Part shown: positions 25,324-35,913 of the stretch, one piece after another
How positions within the stretch are numbered: the stretch's first letter is position 1
How the letters are laid out: every line of letters begins with the position of its first letter
Source: Nageia nagi
Taxonomy: Eukaryota > Plantae > Pinophyta
Direction: 5' to 3'
DNA length: 64,000 bases
Assembly (NCBI GenBank): GCA_050084985.1
Contig: JBITNC010000001.1
Coordinates: 190,402,001 to 190,466,000, forward strand
The notes under the pieces: model-generated
Databases searched by the model: none
Seen by the model: the letters and a program-made list of their open reading frames with translations, nothing else
Told to the model about the DNA's origin: nothing
Translations under genes and position numbers: made by a program

Positions 25324-26103
25324 TATTATCACATAAAATTAATTTATGCATTTAGTTTAATACATTAGGAAATATGTGCTTGCACTTATATATCTAGTTC
25401 AAGAATATTAATGTTATTTTGGATATGATCAATATATATCATTGACTTGTATATTCTTGTTTATATAGGTACATGTGAACATAAGGAGTAGGTCATATTA
25501 TTATCTATATAAATAGGGATCTAATAGTAAGTCCAAATCAAGGAGATACATGATCCCATATCTAGTCTTGATGATGGTAATCCTTTAGGTGTCTCTTGAC
25601 ATCACCATTCAAGGTTGGGTTTGTGTACTTATGCAAGCATCTTGATAATTCTAAGCTTATCTAAGTAAATTGAGATCATTGATATTTTGTGTGGAGGCAA
25701 AGAGTTAGTTTAGAATGAACTATAGTCTAACAAAGACTACCAATGCTCCTTGTAGATGAAAGCAAACCATCAATGCTCCTTCTAAGCATAAAATAGATCA
25801 CCTATGGCCCTCTTTCTAGATCATCTTATTTCACAACTTCAGGTGCAAACTCTATTTGTTGTTGAGGATTCATTAGTGTCTTTTGTTCATCCATATTAGG
25901 TACACTCCATGAGGTATGTACATAAATTTAATCTTGTTTGGTAATTTTATTTTGATTCTAGTTATTCATTATGTTCTATATCAGCTTATCTTGTTATATA
26001 TTGCTATCCATTAGCTTAGAATTTACAAATAGATATATGTATCTTTTGGGATTGTAGATATTTCATTTATTTGCATTCTTGAATACACTTTTATTTGTAA
26101 ATA
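25324..26103 (+). repeat. 3' LTR of E
   Basis: Collinear with the 5' LTR. Both termini read TA instead of TG/CA. About 45 bp extra near 25583-25627. Confidence 0.93.
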
Positions 26104-26108
26104 TATAT

Positions 26109-27265
26109 GTTGAGAAACTATATGGTTTTCATGTAGGATATGATCCAAATTGGGTATATAGAATCAAGAAAGCTTTATATGGTCTAAAATAAGTACCAAG
26201 CGCATGGTATGCAAGGCTAGATAATTATCTTCTACATCAAGGGTTCAAGAAAGGTATGGTGGATAGTAACCTATATGTTAGAACTAAAAATGATAATCAC
26301 TTATTATTGTTGTCTATGTAGATGATATCATTTTTGGTGGATAAAAGAAAGAAATATGTAAAGAATTTTTTGATCAAATGCAAATGACTTTGAAATTTAT
26401 ATGGTGGGTAAGTTATCATACTTTCTTGTCTTCCCAGTGAATCAATTAGATAGGGGCATACTTATATCTCAAATTAAGCATGTGAAAGAAATGTTGAAAA
26501 AGTTTAACATGGAAGATAGTAAACATGTGAGCACTCCCATGATGACTAGTTGCAAATTGAGTAAAGAAGATAATTCTCCTCTAGTTGTTCAAACTCTTTA
26601 TAGATCAATTATTGATGGTTTATTATATTTGACTACATTCAAACCATATATGTCATAATTAGTGTGTATGGTTGCATGATTTCAAGAAGCACCCAAATAA
26701 ATACATATTACAATAGTAATAGTTTTTGAGAAATCTCAGAGGTACTATGGATTATGGGTTATGGTATGCCAAAGGTAAAAATTTAACTCTCATTGCTTAT
26801 TCAGATGCAGATTGGGTAGGATGTGTAGATGATAGAAAGAGTAAAAATGAAGGTGTTTTTTTTTTTTGGTGATAATCTTGTATCATGACATAGTAAAAAG
26901 CAAGACTTGATATCATTATCCATAAATGAAGTTGAATACATTGAATTAGTCTTATGTTGTACATAGGTTTTATGGATGAAACAAACTATGAAGGATTTAA
27001 GAATCAATGTTAGTGAGGCCATTCCTCTCATGTGTGATAATACTAGTGCTATCAATATTTCAAAGAATCTTGTTATGCATTCAAGAATAAAACATATAAC
27101 AATAAAGTATCATTTTTAAAAGAGAAAGTAGCAGAATGAGCAATCAAGTTAGAATTTGTACCCATGAAAAAATAAGTACCTAATATATTTACCAAACCAT
27201 TTCCCAAATATGTTTTCAAATATTTGAGATAAAAATTGGGAGTGGTCACACTTTCCAAACACTAA
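26109..27265 (+). pseudogene. Copia B C-terminal RT and RNase H
   Basis: KALYGLK*VPSAWY, VYVDDIIFG (~26331), YSDADW.G (~26800), CDNTSAI (~27033), NIFTKP, stop TAA at 27263-27265. Confidence 0.93.
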
Positions 27266-27288
27266 CTTGGTTTTGCCTATACATTCTT

Positions 27289-27573
27289 AGGGGGAGCAAT
27301 TTTTACTTTCTATTTTATGCTCCTATTTATTTTCTTTTTTGTTCTTTTTTTTACATGAAATTGAGAATGGTGCATGGATTTAGGGGGAGAAATTTGTTGA
27401 GAATGGCTAGTATAAGATATAAGGGAGTTATCACATTGTTATCCATGGAGATTAGTGGTAACCTTTACCATTGTTGACAAAAAGGGGGAGAAAAAATCAA
27501 GACTATTGTGATATGTTTAGTAGGTTGAATGCTTAATGCTTGAAGTTTTAACAACGATGCCAAATGGGGAGAT
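27289..27573 (+). promoter_or_regulatory. Multiple polypurine-tract cluster of B
   Basis: AGGGGGAG at 27289, 27382 and 27483, plus TGGGGAGAT abutting the LTR. Confidence 0.85.
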
Positions 27574-29318
27574 TGTTGACCTATGGTGTTATCATTATTT
27601 TCAAAGGATATTGTTGGCATAAAATGCTACCATTATTTTTAATAATGTAAATAAGTCACAATGCTAAAGGTGAGCAAGATTGATGAGGTAAAAGGAGAAC
27701 ATGATTATTGCTTACGCAAGCAAAGGATTATGCAAAGTAAAAAAGAATTTATGCAATGAAATTAAGGCTTATGTCATGAAAACAAGACTTATGTGGTGAA
27801 AATAAAACTTTTTTGATCGAACAAAGGCTTATGCAATGGAACAATGGCTTATGTGGTAGAACAAAGGCTTATGCTATGGAACAAAGGCTTGTGTAATGGA
27901 ACAAAGGATTATGTGATGGAACAAAGGCTTATGCAATGGAACAAAATCTTATGCAATGGAACAAAGGCTTATGTGATGGAATAAAGGCTTATGCAATGAG
28001 GCAAAGATAGGCTTGTGCATAATGAGATAGGATTGTGAAATCAAAATAAGTCCTATGTTGATAACAAAAGTGTTATGTAGATAATCATGGTGTTATGTGA
28101 TGAGAATAACTATTATACAAAAGACTCCAATATTGTGCAAACTTAAGCATCAGCCTTGAGCTTGTGATGCTTATGTAAAATCAAACAAAGTTATACAATA
28201 AGATAAGGGTCAATGTGGATAGATAATATATTATGTGGAAAAACTAGGCCTTATGTAGATTAGGAAGGACTTGTATGGTTAGAGAAGATATTATATGGAT
28301 TTCAAAGGCTTTATGTAGAGGATCAATGTCTTATGTGGAGAAGTGCTTTTCCTAGCCTACAGTTACAAGAATGATTATAGAACACTTGCAAAGTTTTGAT
28401 TCTTCCTTGAAAACTTGTATCAAGTGAAGTAACAACTTGAACATGATTGAATCTTCTTGAATTATCAATTCTTGTAATTGAAATTGATAAGCTTATAACT
28501 AAATAAAATGAATCATGAGGATAATTATAATGGGATTAAATATAAAGAATAATGTATACAAAACATTTAAGGGTAGAATGAATGGAAATAGATAGTGAAA
28601 GATATAAAACATTTAGAAAGTAGAGATCTATAAGGTTTTTTTTTTTTATGAATATAACATCTAAGATATTCTAAATATGTGGGATAAGAATGATAAAATA
28701 TGTTAGTATCCTATAGCTATATTAGAATAAAAAAATATATGAGCTTCAAGGCATTAAGGTGAATATGTATGAGCAAACTACCATTGATAATGAAATAAAA
28801 ATAGATTGGCAATGAGGGAAGAATGATGTTTATGAAGATTGATTGCATATTTCTTATAGAGATAGGTACATGATGAATTTTTATGAGTTAAATATCAAAG
28901 AAGGATCTATGAATAAAGAAGGAATTTTTATGTGAAGCCTTCAATCAAGATTTGAAGTCTAAGTTGGTTCTTGGAAAGATGGTTTGGTGTTCCTTTTAGT
29001 GGGTGATACAAAACTTAAGGATTGGTGCTCATTTCAATTGTAGCTAATAAATTTTAGGGGTTGGTGCTAGTAAACTAAGTGTAAAGTTGGTGCTTTGCAA
29101 TGGCTAGATTTGGACCATGATCCATATAGTCTTATTAAAGGATGTAGCCACATTGGTGAACCTCTTTAAATCTTATGTTGTGTGATGTTCTTTTATGGTG
29201 TATGATTTACTTAGTTTTATATTTGCACTATTCTATTTTAAATGGTAAAGTTAAAGTTTTAAGTTTGAAATTATCACAATAATTCACCCCCTATTTTACT
29301 ATTACTTAGAGTTCAACA
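27574..29318 (+). repeat. 3' LTR of copia B
   Basis: TG...CA ends. Collinear with 8400-10075. Confidence 0.93.
27741..28000 (+). repeat. 20-bp tandem array in 3' LTR of B
   Basis: About 13 units of ACAAAGGCTTATGYRATGGA. Confidence 0.9.
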
Positions 29319-29790
29319 CATTTATTTTCTTATTTTCTTTCAACTATTAGGGTAAAGCAAATTTGCATCCCTTTAGCTATTGGGGCAAAGAAGATATCAT
29401 TTATTTTCTTATTCCTTTCTAATAATAGGGAAAAGAAAAGATCATTTATTTTTCACATTGGTTTAGATTAGATTAGGTTTTTTCTTTTAGTTGCAGTGAC
29501 TATATGATCAATTTGACATTCTTATGTTGGTATTTTATGATTTGATTACATCCTTGATCATTATTAATTTGTGTTTTCTTTTATATTACATTGCATTATA
29601 TTTTATGTTGAAACCAAACCCATTGAAGTTTTATGATTGTCTCATACAACACGTCTATTGTCAAAAACAAACCTATAATTATCATTTATACTTTCATATA
29701 ATTTTGATTTTCATTTATCAATTTAACATATCATTTATGTTTATGCTAAGATTCTCATAGGTTTTTAAGCTCAATGAAAAGAGGGGTAAC

Positions 29791-30880
29791 TATAAATGCC
29801 ATAAAATTACATATTTATATTAAAATGTTAGTTTATAAGCATTTATATTACTTATAATATCATGTCATAGAAACTTATGATGTAACATTCATTACATGTT
29901 AATTTGATGGCCCTTTTGGCATGTTGATACTTTTTACACTATATCCTAGTTGTTTAGATAATTTTCTAATACTTTTCACAATCCTAAAGGCTTCATAATC
30001 ATTCGAATGATCTTGAATATCTTGTTTATAAATATATAGCATGGAATCCATTTCTTAGGATTGAAACTTCATTTCATAAGCACTTTTTGAGATCTAATGC
30101 TCTAAGCACAAAATCTAAATTATGACATCACTTTTTAAGGATAATTACTTATGGTTTCAATATAGATCTTCATCACACATCATTCAACCTCAATATCTCA
30201 TCCTATTCATGATGTATTGAGGTATTGGTATCCTTTATTGATTTTTTATGGCTAATCTTGGATCTATTGAGGTTTTAGATAGATTTGGACTATAGTTTGG
30301 GATTTTTAGCAATATATTTTATCCTCATTTAGATATATTAATTGATTTATTTGCATAATTATGTGGCATAGTAGGAATACCCTACCTAAGGTTTGAAGTT
30401 TTGGTTTGAACCTAAGGTTTGGAACTAGGGTTTGGAATTAGGGTTTAGACATTTTAAGCATTATTTTGTAGATTTATTGTATTTAGATTATTTATTGTTC
30501 TATAATATTAATCATAATACATTGTTGTTAAATTCATTATCATGGATTTATCACTTTTCATAATATTGCATCAAATATTATCAATGGGATTTGGATCTTG
30601 TCATATTATTTGTCAAATAGCATGTTATCTTGTAATTTAGGCATAGATATTATTTACATCACCTTTGTTATTAAAGGCTAGGATACCTACTATATTTTTG
30701 AGATAGGTTGTTACTCTACTTGAAAAACCATAAAGTCTCTAGGATTTATGGTTTGAGGTCTCCATTAATATCATTCATTTTCCTTTCAGGTATATAGATA
30801 CAATTTGTACATCAAGACCTCACTACTAAGGACTTCATTTTTATTTTCTTAATTTTATCAATTCATCACATCATAAAAAA
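29791..30880 (+). repeat. Probable LTR (3' LTR of A; possibly also 5' LTR of F)
   Basis: Directly follows PPT-like AAAAGAGGGGTAAC and starts TA (decayed TG). Ends near TTCATCACA (30870) or just before TTTAGTGGTAAA. No partner LTR in the window. Confidence 0.5.
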
Positions 30881-31011
30881 ATTTAGTGGTAAATATTAAG
30901 TTCCTTAAGGTTATTAACAAGGTGTGTTAAGTGATCTAAGTGCAAGGAATTAGTCTTTACACAAGGTATTTCCTAGGTAAAAAATAACTCATGAAATTCT
31001 AAAAATAGAAA

Positions 31012-32237
31012 ATGGAGAACATTGCACAAAACCAAGAATTTATAAAAAAATAAAAAATTACTTGAGAAATATTTTGTTAAGGAACTTAATTTATTTCTTA
31101 TTCAAAATAGTTAAATAAATTAGAATCAAAATCAAAATGATTATTTAAATGTTATTTAATATGAAAAATTAGGAAATAAAAATTTATATTCAAGAGTAGA
31201 TGAATTGAAAAAGAGAATGGAAAGAGTAGATTCTAGAATCATTAATGCTAAATAATTATGAATTTATTTATGATTATGATGGTTTATTATAAGCCCTTTT
31301 TCATGGATAATTATCAATATGCTTGTCCCTATTAATTATAAGAATCTTAAATTTGATATGTTCAAAGGAGTAGGTGATCCTAAATAGCATCTTATAAAAT
31401 TTCAAGAAGAATATCACATCAAAATAAGATATGATAGAAACTTGATGGTTATATTTTTCCCTAAGAGTTTAAAGGAAGAAATGTCTAAGTGGTTATACAA
31501 GTTACCCTTCCTTAAATAGTTATCAAGAAGTTACTAAATAGTTTATAGAACATTACCAATATAATATTAAATCGAAAATAACCTTAGCATATTTATATAC
31601 AATTCAACAAGGATACATGAGAAGTTGGAAAAGCTCATTCCTAGATTCAAAGAAATTTTAAAAAAATATCAATACTATGTTAAAATAATATTACATTAAT
31701 AAGATACTCACCAATGCTTTATTGAGATCTCTCGAACGTTATTCAAGTAATTTGATCCATGATACATTTGATATGATGACTCAAAATTTCTTAGTAAGAA
31801 AAAATTTCTTACTAAAGGAGGGTTTATCAAATACAAAAATAAAATTTTAAAGAATAACACTAAGAAACTTTATCCAATAAAGAAACAAGAAAATAATTTT
31901 AATGTTGTGAATACTAAAAATAATAACATTGACAAAGTCAAGAACATAAAAAAAGAGAGAAAAGTTCTTTCCTTATACCCCCTTTAATCATCCTAGGTGA
32001 CTTAATGAAAAAGAAGTTGATTAAACCTTTTTCTAAAGAATGTTGCAAATGATAGAAATAGAGAAAATACATATCAATATATGAAAGAATATTACAATGG
32101 ATTTTATCAAGAAAAGGATTGTACAAAAATCAATGCATTAGATTATGAAGAAAAATTTAGTAATAGATCAATGATGGAAAATATGCATGCCCAACTTCAA
32201 TTGAAAATTAGAAAAACCAATCAATAAATAATATCAT
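31012..32237 (+). pseudogene. Tat-type gag remnant of unit F (5' part)
   Basis: LKFDMFKGVGDPK*HLIKFQEE (~31346), FFPKSLKEEMSKWLYKLP, QYNIKSKI and GDLMKKKLIKPF parallel the gag motifs of E. Confidence 0.75.
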
Positions 32238-32706
32238 TGTAGACACCTAAAATTATTTTCTATTTATCATTAAATCATATTTATAATATCTAGAAGAAAT
32301 AATTAAAAGGTGTAAATATTAAGAGCAATCCAAGTATAAAAGGAGGGGGAAGGAATAACATATTAGATCAAATCAAGATCAATTCCTTATCATATCAAAG
32401 CATATCATTTGTTATCCTCTTACACATTATTGAATTATTTATTTCTTGATCATAATATTCTTTAGGATCAAAAACATTGGTGGTATTATAAAAAAAAGAA
32501 ATCAAAATTATTCTTCCAATATAATTAGGTAGCCAAATTTAGAGGTCAATTCATTATGAATCTCAAATTACTAGATCTAAGGTCCATTTATTTGAAGTTT
32601 GACCTAGTGTGAAGGATTGTGAAGAATATTATCTAACTAGTACACTTATTTGAAGGTGTGGATAATGAGTTGAATTATTAATTTAATTCATTTTTATTAA
32701 TCTACA
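32238..32706 (+). repeat. 5' LTR of G
   Basis: TGTAGACACCTAAAA...TTAATCTACA. Confidence 0.88.
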
Positions 32707-32959
32707 ATTTTGGTAAACCTAATTACTTTGAAGAATTTTTTCCTTAAGGAAACATTTTGTACATTTTTGAGAAGGAAACAAAATCATGAATGGTTTTTTT
32801 GTTCCATATTAAGCATGTATAAGTTTTCAATGGTTCAACTTATGGATTCCCTAGTTATAGATCAAAAAATATTTCTAAATTATGATATAATGAAAGAGGT
32901 AATGACTATTATCAATCCTCCATATATCATTATTTTGAATAGTTAGAATAGATAAGGAA

Positions 32960-33684
32960 GTTAAGGGATGAATAATATGAATATTATATCTCTCACTAAG
33001 GATTTTGTATATCTAAAATCTTGATTACATGAGAGGCAAAAAAAAGATCTTGAGGGCTCTTTCAATAGCCCTCTCTTGAATAACATCCTTAATTATTCAA
33101 CCCCACTTGAGTATAAAACCCCAAAATTCAATGCATTCAATGAAGACTAAGATCTAATACCACATCTCATTAATTTTAGAGAAGAGTACTTACTAACTCT
33201 TGGAAGCAAAGAGAAGTTAATGGTGAAGTTATTTCCTAGTATCCTCAAAGGTGATGTAAGCGAGTGGTTATATAAGCTTCCTAATAGATAAATGATCTCA
33301 TTCAAGTATTTTTTTAAATATTTAATGAAGCAACACAAGCATAATATAAAGAGAAAAGTAAAAGTGGTGGATCTACATGGATTGAATCAAGGATATAGTG
33401 ATCAATTGGACAAATTCATATAGGTATGGTAATAAACTAAATGTAAGTTAAATGAAGATGAATTGAATACCATTTTTTCTAATGTTAACTTATCAATCTT
33501 GAAAGAAAATACCATAGAGTATGTAGATAAATGGTTTAATACAATAAGAAAGAAGTTAACAAAAGAAAAAGTTTTAAATAAGATAGTTATATTAAAGTGT
33601 GGAGTTAAGGAAAAAAAAAATCCATAAACCAATATGATTGAAGCTCCAAATTTACCACTCAAGAAGAACAAGGTTAACCTATAG
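32960..33684 (+). pseudogene. Short gag of G
   Basis: YKTPKFNAFN..DLIPHLINFREE, KLMVKLFPSILKGDVSEWLYKLP, QHKHNIKRKV. Start approximate. Confidence 0.75.
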
Positions 33685-34429
33685 AAAACATAAGAGGTAT
33701 TTTTCTACCACATTGATCTTTTTTTCTTTCTTTATATTTATAAAAAGAAATAAAAGAGAAAATATCTCATAGGGAAAATCATAAAAGGAAATAGAACCAC
33801 AAATATGAAGGTGAAAACCAACCTTATCTAGCTCTTTACCTTTAGAAAAATAAATCTTTTTGTGAAAACCAACATTTTGGCAAAAATGGACAAGTATTTT
33901 TCAAAAACTAGGAAATTGAAAAGAAATACTTGTAGAAATATACAAAATCAAGAAAAAATATTAGAAAAATGTAAATGTTGGTATTATTAATTATTTAAAA
34001 AAAAAGATATTACTGATGTTGTTATAAAATAGTTCATACCATTAAGAAATATTCAGAAGAGAAAAGACAATATCAAAAATACAAATCTCAAAGAAATCTT
34101 AAGTTATGTCTTAGAAGTTATCAAATTTTTATTTTTTCATATCTTAAGAAAATGATATGCTTTAAGGGAAATAAGCTTTAATTTATATCCAATTCACTTA
34201 GATGGCAAAATAGACTAGATTAGAGTGCAAAGACTATATTTAAGAATAAAAAAATCTTAATTATATAAGCAAAATATTAAAAAATAAAAATGTAGATTAT
34301 TCCTACAACATAATGTTGATGGTGTTATAGAAATTTTACAACAAAGAGTAAATCCAATAAAGTAGACCTTAGAGTTTACTTGATTCAATTTTTATAGAAA
34401 ATAGAACCTCAATAGTCTTAATTGATCTA

Positions 34430-35035
34430 GGTCTAGTAAATCCATAATGACTAATTGATTCATTTTTATTTATTTTGGTATATCATAAAAACTTTATTAT
34501 TATGAAAATCCTATGATGATAAGTTGACTCCATTTTTATTATTTTAGGGTATTGCAGAGGACTCAACCAATAAAAATATGATAGATTTTGTTTATTAAAT
34601 AAAAAATGCTAGCAATTTTGATTTTTCAAAAACAACACGTAAATATTATCATATTCAATTCATCCATTGGATAATATGGTATTCATATTATTTAGACAAA
34701 TTATTCTAGAAAATAGGGTATCAAAATACCTCAAAGTGCATGTTTATATTTAGACTAGGTCATGGCAATCCCATGATGATTAGACATTTCTTGGAGGATT
34801 TCAAGAAATTTGACTAGTAAAAATCCTTTTATTTCTTTTGGGGTATTATAAAATATTCAATGATCATGGAAACCCCATGATAACAAGACATTCCTTGAAA
34901 TATTTTAAAAATATAGTTAATAAACACTCATTTGATTCATTTAGGGTATCACAAAAGACATATCGACCATAGTAATCTTATGATGATCAATTGAATATTT
35001 TTTTATTCTTTTGGGTAACCATAAAAGACTCAAAT
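34430..35035 (+). repeat. Degenerate 70-105 bp tandem repeats in the 3' region of G
   Basis: Recurring CATGG.AA.CCCATGAT.A and TTTT.GGGTAT.A.AAAA motifs. Confidence 0.65.
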
Positions 35036-35392
35036 ATGGAAATAAAAACATTGAAATTTGTATACTTTCTTGTAGAAAAACCATTATTTATGAGTTTTAA
35101 TATAAGCATATCAAAATTCTTAGATTCCAACATCAACAAGGAAACTAAATCAAGTAGAGAAGATGAGAATCTTATTATTTTGGCCAACAACTATATAAAA
35201 TGATAATTTTTACCTTATTTCCTTGGGAAATTAAGCTAAAAAGGGGGAATGGGAGGAGCATAAAATATAAATACAATATGTGGTATAGCCTAAGCTATAG
35301 TTTCTTGTTATGCATTTTATTTCTGCTTATCAATGTAATTCTTTGATATGCAATTATGATTTTTATTATTGCATACCCAAATAGGGGAAAAC

Positions 35393-35908
35393 TATAGAGA
35401 CCTAAAAATAATTTTATATTTATCATAAAATTATATTTATGGTATCTAGAAGAAATAATTAAAAGGTATAAATATCAAGAGAAATATAAGTATAAAATGA
35501 GGGGTAATTTATAACATTTTAGATTAGATCTAGATTAGGTACTTATAATATAAGAGCATATCACTATCTAAATGGTTTCTCTTGATGCCACATATCTTAT
35601 AAGGATATATTATGCTATTACACATTAGTGAATTATTTATTATTTTATTAAAATACTTTTCAAGATTATAAATGTCAATGGTATCAAGAACCATATACAT
35701 TGACATTATTCTACCACTATATTTAGGAAACTAGATTCATTGAAGATTAATTCATTCTAGATATTAGGATATCAAATTTAAGGTTTATTTATTAGGATTC
35801 TATTATAATTTGAGGAATTATGAAGAATATCATTCCAACTTATACACTTATTTAAAGGTGTAGATAATATGGTGACTTATAAATTTAATTCAATTTTATT
35901 AGTCTACA
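35393..35908 (+). repeat. 3' LTR of G
   Basis: TATAGAGACCTAAAA...TTAGTCTACA. About 45 bp longer than the 5' LTR. Confidence 0.88.
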
Positions 35909-35913
35909 ATCAT

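Larger units (their letters stand above)
17835..26103 (+). mobile_element. Full-length degenerate Ty3/gypsy Tat-group element E, inserted in RT of B
   Basis: LTRs at 17835-18573 and 25324-26103. TSD TATAT at 17830-17834 and 26104-26108; removing the element restores EEVY|VEK. PPT-like AAAGTGGGG ends at 25319. Confidence 0.95.
8400..29318 (+). mobile_element. Ty1/copia LTR retrotransposon B with Sirevirus-like cis features, carrying nested C/D and E
   Basis: Paired LTRs TGTTGACCTATGG...GTTCAACA. TSD CATTT at 8395-8399 and 29319-29323. Domain order gag-PR-INT-RT-RH. Confidence 0.95.
1..30880 (+). mobile_element. Ty3/gypsy Tat-group LTR retrotransposon A (5' part outside window), interrupted by copia B
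   Basis: pol remnant at 1-2571 and a long 3' region with an antisense PMD ORF. The motif GGGAAAAGTAGAGATCATTT left of 8400 continues right of 29318 as GGGGCAAAGAAGATATCATTTATTTT repeats. PPT-like AAAAGAGGGGTAAC ends at 29790. The right boundary is approximate. Confidence 0.75.
32238..35908 (+). mobile_element. Gag-only non-autonomous LTR element G (TR-GAG-like), 3.67 kb
   Basis: LTRs at 32238-32706 and 35393-35908. TSD ATCAT at 32233-32237 and 35909-35913. PBS-position ATTTTGGTAAACC; PPT AAATAGGGGAAAA. No pol motifs. Confidence 0.9.

Noticed and set aside
30405-30450. TAGGGTTT motifs as interstitial telomere (also AAACCCTAGGGTTTT at ~18614)
   Set aside because: Only 2-3 spaced copies, not a TTTAGGG tandem array; such motifs are common in plant LTRs and leaders.
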